In this document: positions 50,519-63,923 of the stretch, in pieces | Position numbering within the stretch: the first letter of the stretch is position 1 | Layout of the letters: each line of letters starts with the position of its first letter | Translations under genes and position numbers: made by a program | From: Raillietiella orientalis | Lineage: Eukaryota | NCBI GenBank assembly: GCA_036172245.1 | Contig: JAYWIR010000028.1 | Location: 2,170,001-2,234,000 of the forward strand | Length of the DNA stretch: 64,000 nt | Direction: 5' to 3' | Notes under the pieces: model-generated | Database searches by the model: none | Told to the model about the DNA's origin: nothing | Seen by the model: only the letters and a program-made list of their open reading frames with translations

Positions 50519-50842
50519 ACAGAGAGAATCTTGATTACTTATTCCTGAAAGATTCAACTTTCGAGAATCTCGGTTCGGATGGATGTTAATCTTCCAAAAC
50601 GCTGGATCGGGGAGATTTTACAACTCGAGTTTCTCCGAGAACTTTCTTTAGGATCTCGCAGGTGCGGTTATACAATGGATTTCCATGACTACCTGCCAAT
50701 TTGGTAACAGCGATGATCCACGGAACACATTTTATGTTCCATAATTACTGAAAATGCTGATTTTCAGATGAAGCGTTCTTGGATGTCTCGGAAAATGTAA
50801 AATGTTCTAAATTAATGTTTGAAAAAAAAAAATAATAATAAC

Positions 50843-50880
50843 AAGAAGAAGAAGAAGAAGAAGAAGAAGAAGAAGAAGAA
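50843..50880. repeat. (AAG)n microsatellite in Emx intron 2
   Basis: Directly visible. Confidence 0.9.
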
Positions 50881-51091
50881 TCGTAATCACAATGCTTTCC
50901 TTGCGCGACTCTCGCGATTCTGCTTGCAGCTGTGATTTCGAGTTTCAAATCAGTGAGTGAGAAGCTTTTTAATTAATTACTGCACGTCGTTCGCTACCTT
51001 CGGATGGGAACACTTCGCGAAACGCTGTGCGGAAAGCAAAACGAAAACAACGAAAACAAAAAAAAAAATGAGCTCTTAATTTCCATTCCAG

Positions 51092-51205
51092 GTGAAAGTG
51101 TGGTTCCAGAACCGTCGGACTAAGCACAAGAGAGTTCAGCAGGATGATGAAACCAGGAGCGACGATGCATCATTCACGAATTTGAAAAAAGAGATGGAAG
51201 TCTGA
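51092..51205 (+). CDS. Emx: Emx homeobox gene, coding exon 3 (recognition helix and C-terminus)
   Basis: Acceptor TTCCATTCCAG|, phase 0. Encodes VKVWFQNRRTKHKRVQQDDETRSDDASFTNLKKEMEV-stop. The intron lies at the common Q|V position of the homeobox. Confidence 0.95.
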   Translation: MKVWFQNRRTKHKRVQQDDETRSDDASFTNLKKEMEV

Positions 51206-51269
51206 GGAGCGTGCGTCATCATCCAGTTTCTGTGATTGAATTCCATATGTGTAATTAATTTCGATGTAT

Positions 51270-51275
51270 AATAAA
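51270..51275 (+). promoter_or_regulatory. candidate polyadenylation signal of Emx
   Basis: AATAAA about 65 bp after the stop codon. Not unique; another occurs near 51518. Confidence 0.35.
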
Positions 51276-52289
51276 ATACGTGTGCATTGCCGGATACGTT
51301 GAATCACATGCAAAGTTGATGCCACGAAAAGTGGAACCGAGCGTTCCACCGGACCCTCCAAGAAACCCGACGGAGGGCGGAGATGAATCCCCGTACGTTT
51401 CCCCCTTTGCTTTCCATAGTGAGAACGTGTGTGCTTCACACGTGGGTATTTTCACATACCAAAAATCGGAATGTGTCCACGACAGCTGAAAAAAGTTCAC
51501 ATTCGAACCATATGAAAAATAAAAAAAAAAGGATGCTTGAGCTGTCTTCTTTGGAAGTTTCCTTTTCCAATCACACTGCCATATTATTCTTAGGAACGGG
51601 GATTATTTGTGTTGTTCCATCCGGGATAATGGAATTTCCTTTAAGTGAGGGCAAGGGCTTGTTTGAAATCCCGGTTTGGAGAAATTCGTACGTTTGCTTC
51701 CTGTGCCTTTCGTTTACATTCAAATGAGCTTCGGGTTCCTCCTCCAGGACCGCGTGGACTCTTTTATTTTGCTTCCTGACACAAAACGTCTAAAGAGAAC
51801 ATAGCAACTGTGCCCTACGTGTTCTTGGAAGGGAGAATTGTGGCAGGAAAGCTTCATCTGCCCGAAGACGGTCACCACGTTTCGTGAAGCGAACTGCAAT
51901 CAAAGATAAGGAGGTTTGCCATCTAAATCCTTGCGCAAACTTTTAGATTGAAATTTCCATCTGTAGAAAATGAAGTACTGCATCCTGGAAAGGGTCTGTT
52001 TTTCAAAAGTTCGAGAGTTTTGGTAACGATGACAGCAGTTTTCACTGTAAACGGCGGCGTTAAACTGGAAGGCGTGCATGGGATGCAATGCAAGCGATCG
52101 TTTCACAGAAGGCAAATCCGACAACCGGTCCTTTTCAGGTTTATTAAGGATCTTTTTGTCAAACGCCTCCTTGCTTAATCATGCTGAGCGCCAAGGACAG
52201 GAATGCACACTGCTTGAGCGCGGACGGAATGGTGAAAAGCCTTCTTTCAGGAGCCGAATCCATACAGTGTGGAAAATGGAACATGCTTC

Positions 52290-52990
52290 TTTTCTGTCTT
52301 CGCAGTTCTTCGACACGGTTCCACGTCACCGGTGGGTGGGTAATTCTTCAAGATGGGGGGAACCCGGGAGGGGTCCGCCCTATGAATCCGGGAAGGACTC
52401 TGAGTCCGTTCCTCTCACGCCTGGGGAGGGAACCCTGGAAATGGAGATCACCTCCACCCTGGTTGTCTCCGAAAGGGAACCCTGAAGAGAATCTCCTTCC
52501 TCATTCTCTCCGGAGGAACCCCAGAGGGGTCTGCTCTAATTCTTTCTTCTCCGGAGGGATCCTCCGCAAGGGATCCTCTACTCCTTTTACTCCTCTGAAG
52601 AGAGCCCAGAAGAGACGCTTCCGAAATCCAGAAGGACGCAGCTTTCCCGGAGGGATCGGCTCGCGTCTCCGCACTCTCTGGACAGGTAGTGGCGACACAC
52701 CTACTCCATCAGTACGTCCGCGGGGGGTCCGAGCAACCGGAGGGGAACCCCAACTCCGTGATTGCCGGAAGGACCCGGAGGCTCCCATTTGTCCCGGCCC
52801 TCATCGGGGGGCATCCGGTTTCAGCCGCTGCCAGTGCCACACCCGGATGGTTGGAGGTGAAGCAGCGTCATCCTGTGGGATGAACTCGGAACCCACGACG
52901 CACTGTGCCGATCCTTCTCAGGATTCGAACCCACGACGCATGATGCCACGTGCGGAGACCACCGTAACCACACAGTCTCCGACGAGGGCC
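52290..52990 (-). mobile_element. SINE-like repeat, copy D
   Basis: GGATTCGAACC (reverse B-box) at 52921-52931. The 3' part matches the tails of copies A and B and the segment at 63924-64000. Confidence 0.72.
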
Positions 52991-55900
52991 GTGATTTGCT
53001 TCTCATGTCTATTGTTTTTTTTTTTTTTTTTTTGAGCATCATCGCCAAGGTAGATTAGCAGCGATACGTTCAGTGAATTCAACCTCAGGAACACCTCCAT
53101 GCTCCCAGTGGGTAACGTACGTCTTCAGCCCTCGAGGAGTGCACATATTGCCAGAGCTTCTGCCGTAAGAAATCGTCCCACGTACGATGCTTCCGATGAA
53201 TTCAACTTTCGTGTTTATTTGCTGCGTACACCCAGCAACTTAGACTGTACGCCTTCCTCGCATCGCAGTCATCGAATAGGTTTTCCTCTTTGGGATCGAA
53301 TGCGCTCGCTCGAATGCTACAAAAAACACCAAATGAACGAAGGAGCCTTTCCATCGGCAAAACAGTTTCTAACGAGCCTACAGGAGCACCGTCACTTCGT
53401 CCTGGATTCAGGGAGTTTCGCTTCCAATGCAAATACCACCTGGTAATGGGAGCCAGCCACGTTATTATTAGTGAGTGCTCCTCGGTTCCCGGATTCTTCC
53501 TCAAGGCAGCATCTATTTCTCGACTGGCAGCTTTCTTTTTTATTTGCAGTCTGCTTTTTTGCCTTCGCCCAGCCGGCCGTCGCAAATCTGCATAACGGCA
53601 CGCCTGCGTTGAAAGGTGCTTCGACTTTTCACTTTCCACTGCGTCTGATTATCGCAGACGATTTCGGTTTACATTTTATGAGCAATTATCGGAATTTTAC
53701 CATAATGCTGCTCGAATTTCCACGCCTCTCCTCCTCCGAACCGAGATTTATCTTTCGAGCGCTCCGGCCGGTGATGGAGTCCCCAAATGATGGAGGATAG
53801 CGTGCCTCCTTTATCCGCAGCTCGTCACAGCCACCGTTTCCGATAATGAGTACTTTGTTTACGTGATGCACGGGAAAAAAAGTGTTCCGAGAAAGTTGCT
53901 AATAGATTTCGCATCCTCCCCGTTCAGAAATTCCTGGGTCGAAGGGGCTGGGGATTTTCCGCACCACGCTGTCTGTCCGGAATCGTTTTCGCCAGGAGCA
54001 ACTCACTTTGGAGCAGCTTCCTAGAACTCCCATTTCAGATGTCTTCTCGGAGGTCTTTTGCAGCGTGGCCGATTATAAGTAGGGAAAAGGAAAAAAAAAA
54101 GAAAAAATTCATTTCTCTTCTGTCCACACCCACTTAGTAAGGAAGCACGAGGTTGGTAACTACCCTGATTAAATTCATTTCACGGTTCTCCTATGGAGGA
54201 AACGATCTTCCGATGCTTTCAACTTGAGGCACTTGGAATTCTTTTTGGAGCAAAAGCAGGATGTCAAAAACTCTTTCTCTTTCCAAGACATTAACAGCCT
54301 TACCTACTTTTACATAATCAGTTCGATCAGTATTTTCACCTGCATTTCGTTTTTTTTTTTTTTTTTCTTCTCTTTTCTCTCTTTTCCATGTTATTCGATG
54401 CCTGCGTAGGGTTTCTTTTTTTCCACGTTGTCATTCATCACTGTTTTTCCGTGTGATCTCGAAAGGTACTGTCGCCTCCGATAAACTGATTGGAATCGTG
54501 TTTTGCTCCTTCCAGGCAAATCACATCTCCTCCTGATATAATACTGATAAATACCGGCAGTGATCCTGGGAATCGAGAACATGCATGCATCGCGCAGGGA
54601 AAAGAGCGAAATTCGTTCCTGCTTTGCTCCTCCTCTCCCTACGTTGCTACGTTCTTCCGTTGCTACGTTCCGCTGGGCTCTCGTTCTTCTTAGTGGGCAA
54701 ACTGTTGCAGGCAACTCGCGCAGTTGGCTCAAACATCTGAGCATCTATGATTAGAACAATGAATATTCATTTAGGCAGCTGTTTGCCCGTAAAAAGTGAC
54801 TGCAAATTAAGTCATCGCATGAAAAGCCATCAGGGCCTATTTCCCATTGCAGCGGAGATCACTTGGAGACCCATTCGCAGACTCGCCTCCCAGCACGGTT
54901 TCTCTCCTCGTGCTCCTCCCTGTTCCTTGAATAGGATTGCAAATGCGTACATCATCCACACCGTGTGGTTCTGCTGCAGCTGCTCGTGTTCCTCTGGGAA
55001 AACGAAGATTCCTCCGTTTTCCGTGTGAGGATCCTTCCTGGAACTCTGCTGCTTCAAACAAAGAAGGTGACCCCTGACCCTTTATCGCTAGCGATTTTAT
55101 CTTCGAAATTCTGTTGTTCACGATGGTATCAAGGCGCTGGAAAGCGGTTTGTCTTCGCCCCTCCATGACCCCTACCTTTTGCCCCATGCCTTCTGTTTCT
55201 CGGTCCTCGTAGATGCTCTTCGTACTTGGACTTGGCCATCATCGGTCGATTCTTCTCACCTTTCCCGAGGAAAAAACGCACCCCGCTTGTGGATATCCCC
55301 GTTGCGTTTATACGTCCTCAATGGCGACGGTTCGCGGCTGCGACTGCCAATCGCTCGTAGTAGGTGAAAATAGGAGAAACCTATTGAGCGGATTGCGAGC
55401 TCGCCCGTATCATAGGAACCGCAGCCCGACACGGGAAACCGTGCAGCCCCCTTCGGTCCCGCACGCTGCCGTCTGCTAAGACACTTCGTGTTGCCTTCAG
55501 CTCGATGCTGAAGGCAGCCTTTTCCTTCCGGCATTCAGATATTTCCTCGGGCATTTCTGAGCCGATGAATGACTGCTCTTGCCGATTCGAATCGACACCA
55601 TTGCTTGTTATCTCTCACTTTCGAATTGTTTATCTTTCGTCAAGCTGGCCGAGGCAATCGCCGGAGCCTTCCGACAGAAAGTCGGGGGGTTTTCGTCAAA
55701 CGGAACCAACAGGAAGGAACCCAAGGCTCGGGAGATCTCTCCCCTTCCCACTCGTATTCCAAAGCACGTGACCGCGGCTGACCTGTCCAGTTATCATCAA
55801 GGTTTACTGGTTCTGTCCGCTTCTTTCTCTTCGCTGCACTTCGGGAACGACGAAAGGAAGCTTTCCTTATCGTTTGGAGGCATGAGACATCATTTTTGCC

Positions 55901-58900
55901 GAGCTCCAGAATTCCTCCTTCCTCCTCTCCCTTCTCTTCCCAGAAAAAAAAATTATGGCGCATGTCATTCTGAAGGCTTTCACATTTTCCCTAATAATCA
56001 GCTCACTTAATTGCCACAATTTATTGTCTTTTTTGCTGGCCAGAAGAGTGGGCCGTTCCTGATGCTTTCCTTCCATCTCCTGGGCAACAAAAAATGGGAG
56101 GCAGATTAAGTTCCGTCGTAGCGTTCGCGGCTGCCATATTTCTTCATTATTTTTCCGTCATGTTCTTGAAATTTTTTTTTGTGTGTGTTTTTATTATCCA
56201 ACTTTGTAAATTTGCATCTGTTTAGATGGTATCTCATGAACTTCATTGCGGCCTAATCAAATGTGGAGCGCTGCCTCTTTTCCCCTCTTTTATCAGGAAA
56301 TGAAAGCAAAAAGATAATTCTTGAAGTGGCGAGATAAGTATTTCAACAGTTACTGTAGTCGAGTTTTTCGACACGAATTCATCCTGCTTTCTGTTCACGA
56401 TGATGCGTGAATCTCGAAGGAACGATTTCTCTCAAATAGCTGGAATTTTTATCGATTATTCAGCTGTTCCAGGGGAGGAGAGAAAGGCGGAAAAAAAAAA
56501 AAAAAAAATTCACCAAGCAACGCGCAAGTCATCATTTGATGACTTTCGGTCGGCGTGCATACGACTCGCATCCGCACGCGGAGCTGAGAAATCATTTCAT
56601 CAATTAGCTCTCCATTCGCGTCCCACTAGCGCGGTGCATTCAAACACCCTCGAACGTTCTGTGGATTTGATGAATACGTGATATTCACCTAATATTTCAT
56701 TAATCACCTGTGAACGGAGAGGAAAAAAATGTCGCCACTGCACACCACGCGTCTCCCTTGTGCATGAGCCAGCTTAAGAATCCGGGGTCGGATGCGTTTA
56801 TTAAGTACTACTAAATGAGAAGCACTTGATGAGAAGCGCCTAGCAACGAGGAGAGAAAATGACTTCTGGTGTGATGGTTCTTGATGCACCATGAAGTGCA
56901 GCAGCTCTTTGGCATTCGACGCAAAAGGGAACTTTGCAACCGCATTCACACGGAAAAAAAAGCCCATTTTCACTTTCGGGAGTGCCTTCGGATGTGTGAA
57001 CGGCTGCAGGGCTCCCTGTGCCGTTCCAAACACGGAGCAGATGCCATCGGGAAGGCGCCTCCCGGAGAAAAAAGAAAAAGAATCCGCGGCATCATTTCCG
57101 AAGGGACAGACTGTTGACTTTGTGACCAGGTCGCTCGTGCAATGTCGACTGAGCAGCACTTTCGAGCTGATTCCTTGGTCACCTTCTAGAATTCGAAATT
57201 CGGGAACCGCCTGGAAGCAAGCAGTTCCTCTTTCTGACCGTGGTCTCCCGATGACCATGAACTGATGACCTCTACTAGGAAGCTTGGAAAAGGCCCTCCT
57301 CTTGAAGAAATACCTTACTCAAGCGGAATCGAACGAGTCGCTCCCCCCAAAATCTGGATGAACAAACGTCAGCGGATGGGAATTCCCAACTGTCATGAAC
57401 GAAATTTACATTCAACGGAGCGCATTGCTTTTCTTACATTCCATTGCATGCTGGAACGCATGCCTCTATTTTTTTTTCTCTTTCATGCAATCAGCTCCAG
57501 CGAAACGGCAAGAATTTTAAAGACTCCACCAAGCAGCAGCTCTTTTTTCTTTTTTTGGAGAGATGCTCTTATCGTTACGAACGATTATACCTTCATCATC
57601 AGAGAGAGGCAGTACTTTCGTACCGGTTTCACTCTCTGACACGCAGACAGATATGAGCGAGCGATCTTCTCATCAGTTCCGAATGAAGGAGAGGAATCGT
57701 CCCAGGAAGAAGGAGCCAAAGGGAAAAGGTAAGAAGATCGCCAGCAAATCAAAGATGCTCCGGAGAGTCCCTCGAGGGAAGTGAGTTCCCCAGAGGCGCG
57801 GATCCCGGGTCCTGATGCATCCCTCCGGGCCTTCCACACCAAGATCGCACGGAGCTGGAACCCTTTGATCTTCCCTGAGATGGAAATTGGGCGAATGCAA
57901 CCGAGCTGACTCGACTTTCCCATGCTTAATCAGATTTATCTATCGTGTTCCCGTTGCGAAAGAACCAATTGAAGAATGGCCGTGGTTTCCGATCTTTCCG
58001 GAATCTCGCCGTGCCATTTCCCAAAACAAAGAGCACACAAAAAAGATTTTTCTCCCCCATCTTTTTGTGAGCACTGTTTTTCCTATCCGATCCGATCTCG
58101 GTCTCTTTGGGCTTCGGCCAGAAAGCACGGAATCAAATTGAGATTACATGGAAGTGTGTGTGTGTATGTGTGTTTTGTCCACCTCAGTCGCTCCTGTGTA
58201 CGGAATTCATCAGGAATTAAAATTTCGAAATGCCAGAGAATTCTTTCTGCATTGGGGAACACATGTCTATCTAAATTAATTGACTCATGTCAGCAGAATA
58301 AATCATGGCTCGAGATGCACGGATAAGATAATATGACAGCTTTCCATGATAGCGTGAGATAGCCGGAAAAGAAAAGGCAGATAACGAGAAATTTATCATT
58401 TTTTTTTTTTTTTTATTATTATTTCCTGCATTTACAATTATGTCATTTAGCATTTTAATAATTTTGTTTTTATTTCACGTAGCCGTAGGTCCATTTCTCT
58501 CGGAGATGACGGGAGAAAACAAAATGCGGGGTCGAATTTGCCGCAGATCCACTGATAATTCCGACGTGGGAGCACCGAATTACTACTCCTGCCTTTCTGC
58601 TCAAGGTCTAATTCTACTAAATGGCGTGATAATTAAGTTTTGCTGCATTACAAGCATCGTCGAGCATTCATAATAAACCTGTTGCTCAGGTAAACAACCT
58701 AATTATTTTCTCCAGTGTTCTCAACGAGCCAATCGTTGTCATGGTGATTAATGTTGATAAATGTTCATACCTTGATGATCGATCATTTCCTTTCAGAGAA
58801 GTTTTCATAGAGTAACAAACCATTTTTCAAACGCACCTTCAGGGATGTGGAGCCGATCCGCGTCTAATAAACCATCGGGTATTGGTAGGAAATAAGGATG

Positions 58901-61168
58901 AATTCCTTTTGGACGAGAGAGATCAGCAGAATCCATCTCGGCTCCACATCCAGCGCAGTGCATGTGTTCGGTTCGTGCGGAAGTGGTCCTCCGAACTCGT
59001 GTTCCAGCAAAGGAAGGTGGATGCAAGCTGCGGCTGAGGAATCATTCGGGGGAATTTCGACCACCGCATCCTTTTTCCGCGTTCACTCTGGCGGTTTCCC
59101 GAACAGGGGCGCCCTGGTCCACAGTTGCTGCCATCTCCGGAGAATTCCCGTCCGGGTGCTCGATTACGCGCGCTGATAAACTTCGCAGCATCCCTCGTGT
59201 TTACTTTCAAAATTGCGAAGAGCGATGGAACCACAAGCAAAATCCCCGTTCCTTGCGCCGGTCATGCGGCATGCTGTCACGGAGGCAGTGATGAAACGGT
59301 TGCTACCAAGAACAGCACTTGGAGGCATGATCATTAAAAGACATGATCATCCCTTTACTATCGTTTCTTCCGAGGGAGAATACCTTACGTTTTCATTAAA
59401 CATGCAATTAGGTACAGCGGTAATTACGGCAACCGCGAATTTATTGCGAGAGAAAATCCATTTGCATACGCCACTTACATGAATTCCATGTAAAGCACGC
59501 GTACAGCAAATTCTTTTCTTCTTTTTTCTTCTTTTTACAAGTTTACAAGACGCTATCGTTTCGAACTGGAGTCTCAAACCAAAAAGGAAAAAGGGAAGGA
59601 AGAAGTGGCAGTGGAAGAAGCAATTTCTTGCCTATGAATGAGCCCCGCGCTTTACGAAGCCACCAGTTGGACTCGCGCCTGAAGTCTTCTCCTTCGGAAG
59701 AACTCCTTGGCACACGTCCGCGCGGCGCGGACCGCGGTTCGAGGCTTCCCGAAGAGCGGCGTCCGCCGGTTCCCTGGAAACAGAACGGAGGGACCTGGAG
59801 CGGGCTGGGCATCCGAGCCGTCATCCTGTGACGTCGGGCGAATTCGTTCCGACGGTGTGCCACGCGGCGACCCGGGCGGCGGCGGCGGCGGCGGCCCTCG
59901 GCGGACTCGGACTGCTTTCGAAGCGACCTCGGCGCGGTCGCGGACGCGGAAGGATTCGCCGGTGGCGATGACGCGTGTGCACCGCGGTGTCCGTGGCAAT
60001 CCGCTCCTGCCATGGCCGCGATCGCGTACAATGTAGTCGTTTCGGATGGGTTCGATTTCCTCTTACATCTTCCTTCCGCCGGAGCTCTGTGGAGTTTCCT
60101 GCTCGGCGTAATCGCTTGGGCCTTCGGGAAGCGCCCAAGAACTTCCGAAATTGCCTTCGCACGCGTGTTTTGATTCGGTGCACGCATGAACATCTGTGTG
60201 CGTGTGCGCAGTCAGCGGAAACGCATTACCCCCTTTTTCGCAAGTGCCATCTTTGGAAAGCAAACTGCACCGAAAGCATCTTCCGCAGACAGCTCTTTTC
60301 GTCGTTGCTACGATTCCACCGCGTTTCGGATTTTCAAGATGGCTTCCGTAAACTTTTTCACGGTCCACTCGAACCAGCACGCATCTGCTTTTCCCTTCGT
60401 TTTCGCTTTGGACTTTTTCCTGGAAAAAAAAAGAAGAAGAAAAAAGATAATCTTCCCTTCCCCTCCCCTTTCCCCCTCTTTCTAAAATCCAAAGATTCCA
60501 TGGTAAAGATTCCTCATTGCATTTTATATATCTTCATCGAATTTCGTAGGGGCCAAAGTACTTCTGGGACTTTTCGTTCTCATTTCTCCTCCTTCCCCGC
60601 TCCCTCCCAAACCTTCTTCCTTTTTTTTTTTTGGCCGAACCTTCTGAAATTCACCTTCCAAGACGGCTTGCTCTAATTCGTAATGGGACAATTACGGAAT
60701 CCTGATGCTTTGAAATATTTGTCTTCGCCTGTTGCGCACATGTTAATCGCGCCACACCCCGCCTCCCCACAAGCCAAGAAAAAAAAAAAAAAAAGAAACC
60801 GTGGAGCAACGAGGAAGGTTCCGTTCTAATCACGTAATGTTCGAAACACGGAATACGAATTTTCTCCGTTTCGTATCTTCCAGGATGTGCATTAACTGAT
60901 TCTTAGGAATGTTATAATCTTCCCCAAGGTAGTGATCCAATCTTAGGAGGAGGGGAAAAGAAAAAAAAAAAAAAAAAAAAGGAAAAAAAAATGCATAGAT
61001 TAATCCTGGGCGTTTAATTTGTGCATCCATGAAAATAGTGTTGGAATTCGGGCAAGGAATGCTGTCAGCAAGGCGGCAGGCGAGTGCATTCCGTCTTCAA
61101 TCAGCAGCAGCAGCAGCAGCTATCTGCAGCTCCCTTTTCTTTTATAAGCCCAAAGTACGATTAATGGA

Positions 61169-61202
61169 ATATATATATATATATATATGTATGTATATAT
61201 AT
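61169..61202. repeat. (AT)n microsatellite, imperfect
   Basis: Directly visible. Confidence 0.85.
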
Positions 61203-62849
61203 TGTTCAAAGTGGTGCTTATCAGCAATGAACCCCCTAATTATGTTTCTCAAGTGCTTGGGAGATGCGTTGTGGCAAAGCAGTTGCGATCTCCATGATGG
61301 CTCCTCCCACATGTGTCTGTCATGGCGACGTGGCTCACCCGGTTTCCCTTGCCGTAATGCTGGTCCTGATTTCGGTTGAGGATGCTGCGGGTGGACGGAC
61401 TAAACTGGGTTTTTCGTACGCTGTTTCCTCGCGTTCCTGTTATCCTTCCCACTGCTGCTGTGATGGAAAACTGTTGACACATTGCCGTGGACACGTGGCA
61501 GTCCACTGATTCAATCGCAAAGTATTTGGAGAAAAAAAATAAAAGATGAGGTATCTTGACGGAATGATGAATCTCACGGGATTTCTTGATGCATCTTTCA
61601 TTATTTAGGTTTAAATGTGTTTCCGAATTATGTCCACGGGATGAGTAAGGCTTCTAAATTTTGGATGCAACGCGTCTGAATTCCAGATGTGGATGTCTAG
61701 CTAACTGATCTATTTTTGAAGTGCTGCTGCATCTGTGAAGTCCACAGTAAACCTCGCGAATCAAAAACGACGGCATAGATGTGGGTTGAATTGATTTCGA
61801 TAAGCAAATTCTCCGAGCTAAAAATAGAACGAATGCCATTATCTCCTTTTCAGTCATTTATCAATTGGGATTTCAGAGTTGCCTTTTCTTTTTCTTTCTT
61901 CCCTCCAGTTTCACTTAGAGGCCGATCGAAGCGATCCTGAGGGCATCCTTGGATTTCATCCTTTTTTTTTAATTGCTTCTTCATCACCTGGGAACCAACT
62001 TACTCTTTCGAGTCGAGTTTTCCGATGAAGAGGAGCCTGCACTTGGGAACAGTCTTGACTCGGATCACCGGGATGCAAGCTTTCCGCGCATTCCAGGCAG
62101 TGCTGGCATCGAATTCTCCCGGTACATCTCCTTCGGCATGACTTCAGGGCCGACTTGAAACATTCCATCCCATCAGGTGGCCGCCTTTCCTTTGCGACCA
62201 CGAGGCGGCTGGACCTGCACCTCGTTCCCCAGGTATTCCTGGGGATCTCCCTAGTCCACTCCTCCAATAATTCATGCATTTCTGTTCCCGCGATGAGATT
62301 GATAGGTTTCCATCCAGCGTCCAGTCCACTCGATTCTCATATTTAGCGTTCCTTGGAACTCCTTGGCTTCCTACGCACGGACATCCTGGCTTCTCGACCC
62401 AGTGGAAGTCCAGAACCCGCCGGGTCACCGTGCGCGTTCAGTAGGGATTGGTCTCCTACTCAGCCCCGCGATTCGAACAGTGGATTCTCCTCCTCCTTCC
62501 CTCCTAACCTTTCAAAGAGCTGCAAAGTTCCTCCTGCGCTACATTTTACGATCTCGAAGCTTGAATAATCAATGCAGTTATCCATCTGGTATCAGCATGC
62601 CTCCATAGATACGCATTGATAGCCAATCTTTTATTTTTTTTCTCTCTCTCTCTCCATTCTTCCCTTCGATCTGCAAGCGAACGAAAGAAAACTCTAACCT
62701 TTAGGACGAACGTTGAGCAGCGGGAGCTTGCAGATCGCGATGTTGCAACAAAATCTGAATCCGAACCTTTGAGGTTGCCAGAGGAATCGGGAATTTTTCG
62801 CCGGTGACCTTCACTTCACAGGTCGGGAGCGCTTCACCAATTCTACTGC

Positions 62850-62965
62850 CCACCCTTTTTCCTCTTCGATTTTCACTTCACTAAGCGCTGAAGCGCTGGT
62901 CGAGAGATCTCCACCGATCACTGCCCGCGCAGTCACAACAGGAAAAGGCAGCCCATTCGAAAACT
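62850..62965 (-). pseudogene. H2A-like fragment
   Basis: GLPFPV at 62937-62954 (cf. GLQFPV). Confidence 0.3.
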
Positions 62966-63192
62966 GCTGGGACCGCTCGCCAGTTTCCCAGATCACGGTG
63001 GTGCACTGAGAAACAGCAAATAACCGGAAATCCCTGGCTGGAAGCGGACCACAAGTCCGAGGGAGCGACCCACTGGGGCTTAAGAGAGAATTCACACTTG
63101 GGTTTTCGTTCGCGTCCGTTCGAGCCCTACCTTCGGGGTGGTTTGCTCCCCCCATGTTGAGAAGAGCTAAGTAGCTAAGAAAGGCTGGATGA

Positions 63193-63336
63193 TACCATGG
63201 AGCTGGTTGATACCCTCTTCGGGGGCTGGTTATCTCTCCAGAGTGTCAGAAGCGCGCTGCTCCCTTCGAAGAAATTTGGAAGCGCCCGTTCGGAATTCTC
63301 TTCAGGAGAGGGAACAGGGAGCGGTTCCCTTACGAG
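63193..63336 (+). mobile_element. SINE-like repeat, internal fragment
   Basis: TACCATGGAGCTGGTTGATACC ... CTCTCCAGAGTGTCAGAAGCG ... AAATTTGGAAGCG ... GGAGCGGTTCC matches copies A and B. Confidence 0.7.
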
Positions 63337-63419
63337 AAAAAAGAATGAGACAAAGAAAGAAGGGAAGTTTTGGGAGCTCGTCATGCAGGCGGTGGTCAAA
63401 GATCCCAGCTGGAAAGCAC

Positions 63420-63620
63420 CTGTTCTCACGCTGTTGATTGGAAAATGTCCATTACCGGCTCCAGAATGATCAACTCGCCACATTCCTTCCTTTTTGTAGC
63501 TCTTTTTGGCAGCGGCTGATGCTGCACGGTAGTGGTGGAGGGATACTTCTCAGATCGAGAGACGTCTGCAGGCAAGCAACTGGGAAGGACGGCCCTCCAA
63601 AAAGAGGGTATCATTGCAGG
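63420..63620 (+). pseudogene. H3-like remnant
   Basis: TLLIGKCPL at 63428 (cf. ELLIRKLPF), VVEGYF (ASEAYL) and LGRTALQKEGI (AKRVTIMPKDI). Confidence 0.4.
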
Positions 63621-63923
63621 GGCAAAGTAAAACTCATCATTACATCCGGGTGCTGCCACAAATGAATGGCGTTCGCAATCCACTTATCGCGCAGCCAGCT
63701 GAAGCTGCTTAAAAATACTTTACAAGCTTAAAACTAGAGAGTGCATGAGATTTTGTAAAGCAACAACTTCTCTGGGATGCCTGTCCTAGAGAAGTAGCTT
63801 TTGGGGTAGATCAACTAGTCAAGGTATCGCTCGTCAAGTTTTCTTGAAGATTGGTTTCATGATACGACTGTAAGAGATCGGTAGTTTTGTAACAAAACTA
63901 CGGAACTACGGATGATGAAAATC

